Source: Dehalococcoidia bacterium (GTDB lineage Bacteria > Chloroflexota > Dehalococcoidia > Lucifugimonadales > Australimonadaceae). Taken from it: DNA of 64,000 nt. Below are positions 8,467-17,769 of the stretch, piece by piece (within the stretch, counting starts at the first letter, position 1; each line of letters opens with the position of its first letter). Where the stretch lies: positions 2,189,704 to 2,253,703 of the forward strand of contig OZ220477.1 of NCBI GenBank assembly GCA_965116015.1, given 5' to 3'. The position numbers and the translations under genes are program-made. Under the pieces are notes generated by a model. The model did not search any database. It was not told the DNA's origin and saw only the letters and a program-made list of their open reading frames with translations.

Positions 8467-8558
8467 CGGTTAGCGGTTCTCTTTGGAGGGGGCATCAGTA
8501 CGCGCTCTCGATGGGTGAGGCTGTCGGCGGGGGTAGCGGTTAGCGGCGCTTTTGGAGG
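8314..8558. repeat. Tandem duplication remnant of the aldo/keto reductase 3' end (179-bp unit; second copy has an internal deletion of about 110 bp)
   Basis: catcagtacgcgctctcgatgggtg (8314-8338) recurs at 8493-8517. There it is directly joined to a copy of aggctgtcgg(g)cgggggtagcggttagcgg (8447-8475). Confidence 0.8.
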
Positions 8559-8696
8559 GCTTTTCTTTTTCCCGGGGGTCTGGCGGCGAGGAGGCGCGCA
8601 AGGCGCTTGGGGGTTCGTATGCGCATTTACCAGAGCGGCGCGGGAGGGGCGTGGAGGGCGGAGGATTGAATCGGGGGGCGGCGCTAGAATCACGGC

Positions 8697-9059
8697 ATGG
8701 CTTACCGGCAGGGGATGAATCGCGCCAAGCTGCGCGAGGGTTCGGGCAAGGGAACGGAGATCGCCGACGAGCACTTCTATGAGGTGGCTGGGTCGCGGGA
8801 TTTCTATGTCTATGTGACGCCGAACAGGAAGGCGCGCGGCTACGAGGCTCTGCGCGACTGGCTGCGGGGGCAAGGGTATGTGGTTACGGTGTCGGACGAC
8901 GCTCCGCTGCTGCCCGGGAAAGGGTATAAGGCGATCAAGGTGACGACGAGCGATGCGAGGCTGTCGGACGAGGCGGTGCGTCGGGCGCATCGGTGGGCGC
9001 ATCAGCGGAACTTTCTTCATAGTTTCTTCAAGCCGCTGCGCGGCGGAGGGGGCGGCTGA
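8697..9059 (+). CDS. Hypothetical protein (120 aa), stop overlaps the first in-frame ATG of the polA ORF
   Basis: Codon usage resembles the neighbouring genes, and there is a TGATG overlap at 9057-9061. I recognise no domain. Confidence 0.45.
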   Translation: MAYRQGMNRAKLREGSGKGTEIADEHFYEVAGSRDFYVYVTPNRKARGYEALRDWLRGQGYVVTVSDDAPLLPGKGYKAIKVTTSDARLSDEAVRRAHRWAHQRNFLHSFFKPLRGGGGG

Positions 9060-9175
9060 TGGCGAGGAGGGCTGGCTCTTCGCAGGGGCCGTCGCTGTTC
9101 GATGATCGCGCGGCGTCGCGCTCGGATGCGCCCGGCCACGACAGCCAGACCCAGGGGCGGCTGTCCCGCGCGCCG

Positions 9176-11926
9176 ATGCGCTCGGATGCGCCCGGGCGGA
9201 AGCCGCTCTTGCTCGTGATGGACGGGCACGCGATGGTCTACCGGGCGTGGTTCGGGTTGCAGCAGTCGCGTCCGCTCACGATCCGGGCGACGGGGGAGGA
9301 TGTTCGGGGGGTCTATTCGTTCACGACGACGTTCTTCAAGCTGCTGGCGGACCATCGGCCTACGCACGTGGTTATTGCGTTCGATCCGCCGGGGCCGACG
9401 TTTCGTCATGAGGAGTTTCCCGAGTACAAGGCGCACCGGCCGGATACTCCGCGCGAGCTCGCGCAGAATGTGGAGCGGGTGAAGCAGGTGATGGCGGCGT
9501 TTCATGTGCCGTCGCTGGAGATTCCGGGTTACGAGGCGGACGATGTTCTGGGGACGGTTGCGGCGTGGGCGGGGGAGCGGGACGTGGATGTGCTCATCGC
9601 GACCGGTGATACGGACATTCTTCAGCTGGTTTCGCCGCGTGTGCGGGCGCTGCTCACGACGGGGTTCGGCGACGCCAAGGTGTACGATGTGGACGCGGTG
9701 CGGGAGCGCTATGGGGGTCTTGAGCCTGCGCAGCAGCGGGATGTGAAGGCGCTGACGGGGGATACGTCGGACAATGTTCCGGGAGCGCCGGGCATTGGGC
9801 AGAAGACGGCGGTGAAGCTGCTGCAGCAGTTTGGGAGCGTGGAGTCTCTTATCGAGCGGGCGGACGAGGTTACGCCGCCCCGGATTCAAGGGATCGTGCG
9901 GGGTTACGCGGAGCAGATCGCGGCGAGCAAGGCGCTGGTTACTATTCGGAGCGATGCGCCTACGGGGTTCGATTTCGGGGCGGCCCGGTTCGGGCAGTTC
10001 ACGCGCGAGGAGGCGCTGGAGGCGCTCCGCGAGCTTGAGTTCAGCAGTTTGGTCAACAGGATTCCGGCGCCGCTGGGAGAGGGGGACGCTGGGGAGCCGG
10101 AATCTGCTCCGGTTGCGGAGGGCGCGGCGCCGAGCGTGGTTGTGGTCGATACGCCCGAGGAGCTCGATGCGCTTGTCGAGCGGCTGCGCGGCGCTCCGGG
10201 GTACGTTGTGGAGGCGCACGCTAGCGGTCCGCGCGCGATGGAGGCGGAGCTTGTGGGTCTTGCGTTCGCGGTGGAGGAGGGCTCCGCGCACTATGCGCCT
10301 GTCGGCCATACGGAGGGGGCGCAGCTGCCTGTGGAGGTGGTGATGGGGGCTGTGGGGCCTTTGCTGCGGGAGAGGCCGCCGATGGGACACAACCTTAATT
10401 TCACGTTCACGCTGCTGGCGAACTATGGGGTTGCGCCGATGTCGGTTACGGCGGGGTTCGACACGATGCTTGCGGCGCATCTTGCTGGTCAGAAGGCGCT
10501 TGCGCTCAAGCCTCTGGCTTTCAACCGTTTGAATCTCGATATCGGGCAGTTGAGCGATCTTACGGGGACGGGGCGCAAGCAGATTGCGTTCGGGGCTGTG
10601 CCGGTTGCCGCGGCTGCGGCGTTCGCAGGGGCGAACGCGGAGGCTACGCTCCGGCTGGCGGGCGCTCTGGCGGAGGATCTGGAGCGCGACGGTTTGGCGG
10701 AGTTCAATCGCGCTCACACGCTGCCGGTTGTGCCGACGCTGGCGCAGATGCAGGTGAACGGGGTGGCGTTCGACGCTGGTCCGCTGGGGGAGCTGAGCGA
10801 GGAGATTGCGGGGGAGATTGAGATTGAGGCGAACGCGGCCTATGAGGCGGTTGGGCATCAGTTCAACATCAACTCGCCGTCGCAGCTGGGGGATCTGCTG
10901 TTCAGGGAGCTGAAGTTGCCGTCGGGGCGGCGGACGCAGAGCGGTTATTCGACGGACGCGTCGATACTGGAGAATCTGCGGGAGGCGCATCCGGTAATCG
11001 AGCATGTGCTGCGGTACAGGGAGCTGGCCAAGCTGAAGTCGACGTATGTCGATACGCTGCCGGAGTCGGTGAATCCGAGGACGGGGCGGATCCACACGAC
11101 GTACAACCAGGCGGGGTCTGCGACGGGTCGTCTTGCGAGTTCTGATCCTAATCTGCAGAACATTCCGATCCGCACGCCGCTGGGGTTGCGGGTTCGGGAG
11201 GCGTTCGTGGCGGAGCGCCGGCCGGAGTGGGCGCTGCTGAGCGCGGATTACTCGCAGATTGATCTGCGGGCGCTTGCGCATCTTTCGCAGGATCCTGCGC
11301 TGATGGCGGCGTTCGAGCGGGATGAGGATATCCACGCTTCTACTGCGTCGCATATCTACCGGACGCCGCTGGGGGAGGTTACGCGGGATATGCGTCGGCT
11401 GGCGAAGGTGATGAATTTCGGGGTGGCTTACGGTCTGAGCGCGTTCGGGATTTCGCAGCAGACGGAGCTTACGCGGGAGGAGGGGGCGGAGTTTATCGAG
11501 TCGTACTTTGCCGCTTATCCGAAGGTGCGGGAGTTTCTGGACGGGGTTGTTGAGAGGGCGAAGGAGACTGGGTATACGGAGACGCTTCTTGGGAGGCGGA
11601 GGCACATTCCGGAGCTGCGGTCGCCGCACTATCCTGTTCGTCAGGCGGGGGAGCGGATTGCGCTGAATATGCCGGTGCAGGGGACGTCGGCGGACATTAT
11701 CAATGAGGCGATGGTGGGGATTCAGCGGCGGCTGGACGCCGATGGTTTCCGTTCGCTGATGCTGCTGCAGGTGCACGATGAGCTTGTTTTCGAGATGCCG
11801 CGGGAGGAGGAGGAGGCTCTGCGGGCGATGCTGAACGATGTGATGCCGAACGCGATTGCGCTGAGCGTGCCGCTCAAGATCGACATCAAGGTTGGGGAGA
11901 ACTGGGCGGGGATGGAGCCGGCGTAG
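9176..11926 (+). CDS. polA: DNA polymerase I (5'-3' exonuclease, vestigial 3'-5' exo-like domain, polymerase domain)
   Basis: Contains LLLVMDGHAMVYRAWF, the family A motifs DYSQIDLRALAH, RRLAKVMNFGVAYG and QVHDELVFE. The exo region reads GYVVEAHASG in place of a DxE ExoI motif, so it is probably exo-inactive like Bst/Taq. The ORF is open from 9059. Confidence 0.95.
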   Translation: MRSDAPGRKPLLLVMDGHAMVYRAWFGLQQSRPLTIRATGEDVRGVYSFTTTFFKLLADHRPTHVVIAFDPPGPTFRHEEFPEYKAHRPDTPRELAQNVERVKQVMAAFHVPSLEIPGYEADDVLGTVAAWAGERDVDVLIATGDTDILQLVSPRVRALLTTGFGDAKVYDVDAVRERYGGLEPAQQRDVKALTGDTSDNVPGAPGIGQKTAVKLLQQFGSVESLIERADEVTPPRIQGIVRGYAEQIAASKALVTIRSDAPTGFDFGAARFGQFTREEALEALRELEFSSLVNRIPAPLGEGDAGEPESAPVAEGAAPSVVVVDTPEELDALVERLRGAPGYVVEAHASGPRAMEAELVGLAFAVEEGSAHYAPVGHTEGAQLPVEVVMGAVGPLLRERPPMGHNLNFTFTLLANYGVAPMSVTAGFDTMLAAHLAGQKALALKPLAFNRLNLDIGQLSDLTGTGRKQIAFGAVPVAAAAAFAGANAEATLRLAGALAEDLERDGLAEFNRAHTLPVVPTLAQMQVNGVAFDAGPLGELSEEIAGEIEIEANAAYEAVGHQFNINSPSQLGDLLFRELKLPSGRRTQSGYSTDASILENLREAHPVIEHVLRYRELAKLKSTYVDTLPESVNPRTGRIHTTYNQAGSATGRLASSDPNLQNIPIRTPLGLRVREAFVAERRPEWALLSADYSQIDLRALAHLSQDPALMAAFERDEDIHASTASHIYRTPLGEVTRDMRRLAKVMNFGVAYGLSAFGISQQTELTREEGAEFIESYFAAYPKVREFLDGVVERAKETGYTETLLGRRRHIPELRSPHYPVRQAGERIALNMPVQGTSADIINEAMVGIQRRLDADGFRSLMLLQVHDELVFEMPREEEEALRAMLNDVMPNAIALSVPLKIDIKVGENWAGMEPA

Positions 11927-12012
11927 GGGGTTGTTCTTCAGCGTTCTTCAGTGCGCGTCGGCGCACGGGACTGCGAGGCTGCGCCTGCGGGGCTCGGGCG
12001 CAGGGGGAGCGA

Positions 12013-12108
12013 CGGGCTGCGCGGTTCCGGCGAGGGAGCGGGCGCGACAGGCTGTCGCGTATGGCCTGCTGCACGGGCTGCGCGGTTCCCGCGAGGGAGC
12101 GGGCGCGA
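12013..12108. repeat. Two copies of a 35-bp GC-rich REP-like element (cgggctgcgcggttcc[g/c]gcgagggagcgggcgcga), 61 bp apart
   Basis: Copies at 12013-12047 and 12074-12108, read directly. Confidence 0.8.
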
Positions 12109-12192
12109 TGGGCTGGGGGAGACGGGGATTTTGGGAAAGCGTTTCATTTTGTTCCATAGCGCGCTATTCGTTCGTGAGGAGAGGGTTGCGGC

Positions 12193-12296
12193 GGGTCTGT
12201 TTGGGACAGGAATGGGTCTGTTTTGAGACGGGAATGGGTCTGCTTTGGAACGAAATGAGACAGTTTGGGTCTGGGCGCCGGGGGGGCTTGGGTCTG
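12193..12296. repeat. Iteron-like array: five direct GGGTCTG cores spaced 21-31 bp apart
   Basis: Cores at 12193, 12214, 12236, 12267 and 12290, with a sixth at 12505. The first three share GGGTCTG(T/C)TT(T/G)G. Confidence 0.7.
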
Positions 12297-12536
12297 GGCT
12301 CTGGGGTCGGGGGAGAGGCTGCCAGGACAGGGTACGTGGAGGGGCTTGTACGGCGCAACGGTGAAGTGTCGCGCAGTCGACGGTTTTTCGTGGTTGTGCG
12401 CCAGGTGCTTGCGGAGGGGCGAGGCTCCGGCGCGGTGAAGCGTCGTGTAGGGGGGATGGCTTGCGGGGTTGGGAGGGGGCTGATTCCCGCGCGGTGAAGG
12501 AGTGGGGTCTGCGGGGGGGGGGCGAGAGGGGCGGGG

Positions 12537-13328
12537 CTATGCTCGGAGGTCTTGCTGTGGGGGGCTGCCGCCGGTGATGCTGTCGATTTCTTTCTCTAGC
12601 GCTTCGGTTGCGTGGAAGTCTTCGTCGAGGAGTTTGTAGCACCGCTCGACGTAGAGCTGGGCGAGCTTTGCGGCGGAGTCTGCGGGGTCTTTGGCGGCGG
12701 CGCGGATGCGCGCTGGCCAGTAGCGTGCGGGGAGCGAGGCGGCGAGCGCGGCGAGCGAGGCGTCGGTTTCGCTGATGAGGGCGTCGTTGCGGGACTCGAC
12801 GCCGAAGCGCATTGCGCCGACGAGGCGTGATAGTTCGGCGAGGCGGTCGCGGTCGCTCATAAGCTGGTAGAGGACTTCCTGGACGTCGGCGCCGACGCCG
12901 TGTGGTTCGGGGAGCGGCTCGGCGTGGATGGGCTGGGGGTTGCTGTCGACGTAGCGTTTGTGGAGGGCGCTGTACTGCTGGACGGCGTCGGCGGTTTGCT
13001 GCATAGCCGCGGGGATGTTGCTGAGGGTCATATCGCCGCCCCATACGAGGTCGTCGCTGCGGAGCTCGGCGAGTTGCCGGAGCCATTGGAGGGATTCGGC
13101 TTGCTCGGGGACGGGCGGTATGGAGAAGCTTGCGGCGCTGTCGCCGATGGTTTCGCCGATGGCGCCGAACTGGGCGGCTAGCATGGGGGGGATGTACTTG
13201 CCGATGTCCATCCGGATGGGGAGGAGGATGATGTATGTGGCGAGGAGGCCGGCGTCGGGGGTTTCGAAGTAGAGGAGGGCGTGGCCCTTGGGTCGCTGCT
13301 CGTCGCCGATTTCGAACGTGAGAGTCAA
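12537..13328 (-). CDS. Hypothetical protein (263 aa)
   Basis: Non-repetitive sequence with balanced composition and coding-like codon usage. No recognisable domain. Confidence 0.6.
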   Translation of the reverse strand: MTLTFEIGDEQRPKGHALLYFETPDAGLLATYIILLPIRMDIGKYIPPMLAAQFGAIGETIGDSAASFSIPPVPEQAESLQWLRQLAELRSDDLVWGGDMTLSNIPAAMQQTADAVQQYSALHKRYVDSNPQPIHAEPLPEPHGVGADVQEVLYQLMSDRDRLAELSRLVGAMRFGVESRNDALISETDASLAALAASLPARYWPARIRAAAKDPADSAAKLAQLYVERCYKLLDEDFHATEALEKEIDSITGGSPPQQDLRA

Positions 13329-13376
13329 GGCGAGGTCTCCTTTTGTTGAGTATAATCGCGGGGCTTTGGGTTGCGC

Positions 13377-13406
13377 TTGACAGCGTCAAGCTCTCATTCG
13401 TAGGCT
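13377..13406 (+). promoter_or_regulatory. Possible sigma70-type promoter for the Mrp cluster (TTGACA-18-TAGGCT) overlapping the palindrome CTTGAC-agc-GTCAAG
   Basis: Hexamers and the 6-bp-arm inverted repeat (13376-13390) read directly. Confidence 0.3.
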
Positions 13407-13466
13407 TGTGTTGTTGTCGCGCGAGACGATGGAGCTGGCGCAACTCCCCGGGGGCGGACACCTGTA

Positions 13467-14090
13467 ATGAGCACCGAGCCTCACTTGTCGCCTCACTCGT
13501 CTCGAACTCGCCCGTCCGTGTCGCGGCGTCTCTTGCAGTGGACTCTCCAAACGGGTTTGCACTTCGCCCTTTGGATTGTTCTGTCGGGGCACACCGAGGC
13601 GGAGTTCCTTGCTCTGGGGGCAGTGGTGGCGGTGGGGGCGACGTTTATCGCGAACTGGCTGTTTCACGGGATCGACGATCCTGTGTATGCGGGGCCTCGG
13701 CGCGGGCTGAGCTGGTTCGCAGGGGTTGGGCTTCGGTTCGTTCTTTACATTCCATGGCTGGCGTGGGAGGTGGTTCTCTCGGGGCTGCATGTGAGCTATC
13801 TGGCGTTGCATCCGAAGATGCCGATTGACCCTTCGCTGGTGGAGTTCGAGACGTCGCTGGAGTCGGAGAGGGCGCAGGTTCTGCTGGCGCAGTCGATCAC
13901 GCTCACGCCGGGGACGGTTACGGTTGACGCGTCGAATGGCCGGTTTGTTGTGCACTGTCTTTCGGAGAAGAGCCGCGAGGGGATCGAGGATGGGAGGATT
14001 CAGCGCAAGGTGGGGAGCGTTTTCGATGAGCCTGCGGCGGCGCGCGCGGCGCTCAGGGAGGTTGCTTCGCTGGAGCAGGAGCTGCGGTGA
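13467..14090 (+). CDS. mrpE: Mrp/Mnh antiporter subunit E
   Basis: Contains FALWIVLSG...SITLTPGTVTVD. Confidence 0.8.
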   Translation: MSTEPHLSPHSSRTRPSVSRRLLQWTLQTGLHFALWIVLSGHTEAEFLALGAVVAVGATFIANWLFHGIDDPVYAGPRRGLSWFAGVGLRFVLYIPWLAWEVVLSGLHVSYLALHPKMPIDPSLVEFETSLESERAQVLLAQSITLTPGTVTVDASNGRFVVHCLSEKSREGIEDGRIQRKVGSVFDEPAAARAALREVASLEQELR

Positions 14091-14374
14091 TTGATTTGTT
14101 CGGGGCGGCGATTGTGGCGGTTGCGTTGATTACGTGCGCGGCGCTCTATCGCGTTATCGTGGGGCGGTCGGTGTATGATCGACTGCTGGCGGCGGGGGTG
14201 GCGGGGACGAACGCGATCGTGATTCTGGCGCTCGGGGGGTTCGTGTTCGAGCGTCCGGATATGTTCGTTGATCTTGCGCTGAGCTATGCGCTGCTGAACC
14301 TCATTGCTACGGTTGCGGTGGGGAAGTATCTGGAGAGCAGGGGGAGGCAGCCGGAGGAGGAGGAAGAGGGGTGA
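14087..14374 (+). CDS. mrpF: Mrp/Mnh antiporter subunit F
   Basis: 95-aa protein with 3 TM segments and a VYDRLLA..TN..ILAL pattern. 4-nt overlap with mrpE. Confidence 0.75.
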   Translation: MIDLFGAAIVAVALITCAALYRVIVGRSVYDRLLAAGVAGTNAIVILALGGFVFERPDMFVDLALSYALLNLIATVAVGKYLESRGRQPEEEEEG

Positions 14375-14772
14375 GCGTCGCGGGGGTTGTGGGGACGGCG
14401 CTGGTGGGCGCGGGAATCGTTTTTATAGCGATTACGGCGCTGGGGTTAGCGCGTTTTCCGGACTTTTTTTCGCGCGCGCATGTGGCGTCGAAAGCGGAGA
14501 CGCTGGGTGTTGCGCTGGTTCTTGTTGGGCTGATTGCGCACGAGGGGGCGACGCTGGCGAGCGCGAAGCTGGGGCTGATTATAGTGTTCATCGCGATGAC
14601 TAGTCCGGTAGGGGCTCACGCGCTTACGCGAGCGGCGGTGCGATCGGGGGTTCTGCCGTGGCGGAGGCCGACGGGGGATTCTGCGGGCTCTTCCGCGGGA
14701 GGGGCGGGGGTTCTCCGCGCGCATTCGTTGGAGGGCGGGAAAGCGCCGGATGGGGCGGGGGAGGGGGCATGA
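14371..14772 (+). CDS. mrpG: Mrp/Mnh antiporter subunit G
   Basis: Contains RFPDFFSRAHVASKAETLGV. Confidence 0.8.
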   Translation: MSVAGVVGTALVGAGIVFIAITALGLARFPDFFSRAHVASKAETLGVALVLVGLIAHEGATLASAKLGLIIVFIAMTSPVGAHALTRAAVRSGVLPWRRPTGDSAGSSAGGAGVLRAHSLEGGKAPDGAGEGA

Positions 14773-15014
14773 TCTGGTGGGTTGAGTTTTTCCTGTTCGG
14801 GCTGCTAGTGGTTACGGCGGTTGTGGCGCTGAGCGTTCGGGATCTGCTGGCTGTTGTGGCGGCGCTGACGATATACAGTTTCTTTACGGCGCTGGTGTTT
14901 GCGCTTATGGGGGCAGTTGATGTGGCGCTGACAGAGGCGGCGCTCGGCGCCGGGGTGACCGGGGTTCTCTTCGTAGGGGCGATCAGGCTTATGGGGAGGA
15001 GGTCGGTGGATTGA
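14769..15014 (+). CDS. MrpB/MbhD-like small membrane subunit (DUF4040-type)
   Basis: 81-aa protein with 3 TM segments. The ATG at 14769 overlaps the mrpG stop, and the ending TEAALGAGVTGVLF is typical. Confidence 0.7.
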   Translation: MIWWVEFFLFGLLVVTAVVALSVRDLLAVVAALTIYSFFTALVFALMGAVDVALTEAALGAGVTGVLFVGAIRLMGRRSVD

Positions 15015-15346
15015 GAGCGCGACTGAGGGTACGCCCGGGAATGTGGCTGATGTTTGCGCTGCTGGCGGGGATGTTCGCGCTGCTGGCGTGGGCGACGGCG
15101 GATCTGCCGGATCGGGGGGATCCGCAGGCTCCGGCGAACGCGCATCTTTCGCCGGAGTTCATTGAGCTTACGGAGACGGATATCGTTATTCCGAATGTTG
15201 TGTCGGCGATACTGGCGGACTTCCGCAGCTATGACACGCTGGGGGAGACGTTCGTGATTTTCACGGCGGTTCTGGCTGTGGTGGCGGCGCTGCAGGGGAC
15301 GAGGCGGGAGAACGGGAAGGGGGACGGGAGCGAGGGGGAGGGGTGA
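15011..15346 (+). CDS. MrpB/MbhE-like membrane subunit
   Basis: Contains the MnhB-like motif VSAILADFRSYDTLGETFVIFTAVLAV. Confidence 0.7.
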   Translation: MRARLRVRPGMWLMFALLAGMFALLAWATADLPDRGDPQAPANAHLSPEFIELTETDIVIPNVVSAILADFRSYDTLGETFVIFTAVLAVVAALQGTRRENGKGDGSEGEG

Positions 15347-15843
15347 CGGATCAGACGGACAGCGTGATTCTGCATCTGATGGTGCGGGGGTTTATCGTTC
15401 CGCTCATCGTGGTGTTCGGGGTGTACGTGCTGGCGCACGGGGAGGTGAGTCCCGGCGGCGGTTTCCAGGCGGGGGCGATCGTCGCGGCGGCGATCATTCT
15501 GGCGCGGCTGACCCACGGGAGCGCGCACGGAGACCGGCGGTTGCCGACCGGAGCTCTGGTGTGGATGGCGTGCATCGGGCTTGGGATTTATATGCTTGCG
15601 GGACTTTTGCCGGCGGCGCTTGGGGCGAATTTCCTGGACTACGGAGTTCTTCCGGTGGAGTGGTTCAACAGTTTCGCCGAGGAGGATCGGACGAACCGGG
15701 CGATGGGGATCTTCATTATCGAGCTGGGGGTGTTTATCGGGGTGGCTAGCGGGCTTGTGGTTATCTTCGATTATCTCGCCAAGGCGCCGGAGGCGGCCTC
15801 GCCAGACGACGAGGGCTCGACGGGGGGGTCTCGCGGTGATTGA
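15343..15843 (+). CDS. MrpB/MbhF-like membrane subunit (MnhB domain)
   Basis: Contains HGEVSPGGGFQAGAIVAAAIIL. Confidence 0.75.
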   Translation: MTDQTDSVILHLMVRGFIVPLIVVFGVYVLAHGEVSPGGGFQAGAIVAAAIILARLTHGSAHGDRRLPTGALVWMACIGLGIYMLAGLLPAALGANFLDYGVLPVEWFNSFAEEDRTNRAMGIFIIELGVFIGVASGLVVIFDYLAKAPEAASPDDEGSTGGSRGD

Positions 15844-16216
15844 GGAGGTTGCGGCGCGCTTTCCGTACTGGGCTGTCGCGGCGCTGCTGGCGATCGGCCT
15901 CTACGGGATGATCGGCAAGCGGAGCCTGGTGAAGAAGGTTGTGGGGCTGAATATCTTTCAGTCGGCGATTATTCTGTTCTTCATTGCGGGGGCGCTGCGG
16001 GAGGGGGGGAGCGTGCCGATTCTCTACGGGGTTCATGGGGCTGCGGAGCACGCGAACCCGGAGGATTTTGTTAATCCGCTTCCGCATGTGCTTATGCTGA
16101 CAGCGATTGTTGTGGGGGCGGCTATTACCGGGGTGGCGCTGGCGTTTCTTGTGCGGATCCACCGCGAGTTCGGGACGCTCGACGAGGCGGAGCTGCTCGA
16201 AGAGGCGCGCAAGTAA
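15836..16216 (+). CDS. mrpC: Mrp subunit C (NuoK-like)
   Basis: Contains GLYGMIGKRSLVKKVVGLNIFQSAIILFF. The in-frame GTG at 15836 overlaps the upstream stop. Confidence 0.8.
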   Translation: MIEEVAARFPYWAVAALLAIGLYGMIGKRSLVKKVVGLNIFQSAIILFFIAGALREGGSVPILYGVHGAAEHANPEDFVNPLPHVLMLTAIVVGAAITGVALAFLVRIHREFGTLDEAELLEEARK

Positions 16217-16218
16217 TC

Positions 16219-17769
16219 GTGGATCAGCTGCCCGCGGCCGTTCCGGTTACGCTGCTGACCTTCTCGCTGATCGCGCCTGTCGCCGGCTGGCTGCGGGGCT
16301 CGCTGGCGTATCCCGTCGCGCTGACGGGGACGGCGATAGCGACGCTCGCCGCGGCGCTTCTGATGGGGCGCGTACTCGGGGATGGGGTTCAGCGGTATGA
16401 CTTGGGGGGGTGGGCTCCGCCTGTGGGGATTGAGTACGTTGTCGACGAGGTTGCGGCGTATGTGGCGCTCGTTGTTGTGAGCGTTTCGCTGCTGGCGCTG
16501 ATCGCGACGCGGCGGTGGGCTGTTCGAGAGGCGGGGGACCGGCAGGGGGCGTTCTACGGGCTGGCGCTGCTGTTGCTTGCGGGTCTTACGGGGATGGCGG
16601 TTACCGGCGACCTGTTCAACCTGTTCGTTTTCCTTGAGATTTCGTCGCTTGCGGCGTACGCGCTGGTGTTCATTGGGGGGCGCAGGTCGATGCTGGCGGG
16701 GGTTCGGTACTTGATGATGGGGACGATAGGGGGGGCGCTCTATCTTTTGGGGGTTGGTTTTCTCTACTTTGCGACGGGGACGCTGAATATGGAGGAGGCG
16801 CAGGAGCTGATTCCGGGGTCGGAGTCGACGCGGGCGGTTCAGGCGGGGGCGGCATTCATCTTCGCGGGTCTCGGGCTGAAGATGGCGCTCGTCCCGATGC
16901 ACACGTGGCTTCCGGACGCGTATCAGTATGCGCCGTCGTCGGTGAATTCGCTCATTGCGCCTGTGATGTCGAAAGTGGCGGCGTACGCGATGCTGCGGAT
17001 GTTTCTGAGCGTTTTCCCGGACGGGTATCTTACGTCGGTTGTTCCTGTGGCGGACGCGCTTGTGGCGCTGGGTCTCATCGGGATCGTGTTCGGCTCGGTT
17101 GCGGCGGCGTCGCAGCGGGACATCCGTCGGATGCTGGCGTACAGCAGCATCTCGCAGCTGGCGATGATTGCGGTGGGGATAGGGCTAGCTTCGCCGCTGG
17201 CGTTTGCGGCTGCGCTGCTGCATGTGGCGAATCATGCGACGATGAAGGCGACGCTGTTTCTGGCGGCTGCGTCGGTTCGTTTGCAGACGGGGTTGCAGCA
17301 GGCGCAGAGCCTGACTGGGATCGGGCGGCGGATGCCGATAACGATGGCGGCGTTCACGGTGGGGGCTATCTCGATGGTGGGGATTCCGCCGACGGCGGGG
17401 TTCTTCAGCAAGTGGTATCTGGCGGAGGCGGGAGTGGCTCAGGGCGAGTGGCTGGTTGTTGCGGTTGTGCTGTTTAGCAGTTTGCTGACTGCGGTGTATC
17501 TGTTCAGGATTCTGGAGCGCGCCTATCTGCGTCCGGCGGTTGCGGAGGGTCACGGGGGCGGCGATGGGGGCGACGGCGAACCGGATGGCGAATCGTCCGG
17601 GGGGGCGCTCGGGAGCGGCGGGTTGGGGGTTCGGGCGGAGGCGAGGAGCACTACTGAATCGCCAGCCGACGTGTGGGCGCCGCTTGCGGCGCTTGCTCTG
17701 GCGACGATTCTGCTGGGGATTCTGAATGTGGCGATCGTTCAGCACGTGCTGGAGCCGGGGGTTTCGTGA
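16219..17769 (+). CDS. Antiporter-like large subunit 1 (MrpD/NuoN-M family)
   Basis: 516-aa polytopic protein with a proton-conducting membrane transporter signature (..WLPDAY...H.). Confidence 0.85.
   Translation: MDQLPAAVPVTLLTFSLIAPVAGWLRGSLAYPVALTGTAIATLAAALLMGRVLGDGVQRYDLGGWAPPVGIEYVVDEVAAYVALVVVSVSLLALIATRRWAVREAGDRQGAFYGLALLLLAGLTGMAVTGDLFNLFVFLEISSLAAYALVFIGGRRSMLAGVRYLMMGTIGGALYLLGVGFLYFATGTLNMEEAQELIPGSESTRAVQAGAAFIFAGLGLKMALVPMHTWLPDAYQYAPSSVNSLIAPVMSKVAAYAMLRMFLSVFPDGYLTSVVPVADALVALGLIGIVFGSVAAASQRDIRRMLAYSSISQLAMIAVGIGLASPLAFAAALLHVANHATMKATLFLAAASVRLQTGLQQAQSLTGIGRRMPITMAAFTVGAISMVGIPPTAGFFSKWYLAEAGVAQGEWLVVAVVLFSSLLTAVYLFRILERAYLRPAVAEGHGGGDGGDGEPDGESSGGALGSGGLGVRAEARSTTESPADVWAPLAALALATILLGILNVAIVQHVLEPGVS

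Noticed and set aside
9017-11776. 919-aa ORF antisense to polA
   Set aside because: It is an Arg/Pro/Leu/His-rich, low-complexity translation typical of the antisense frame of a very GC-rich gene. It fully overlaps an unmistakable polA.
11892-12497. 201-aa plus-strand ORF filling the polA-downstream spacer
   Set aside because: The translation is Gly/Arg-rich and runs through several DNA repeats. It has no RBS and no domain. I treat the region as non-coding.
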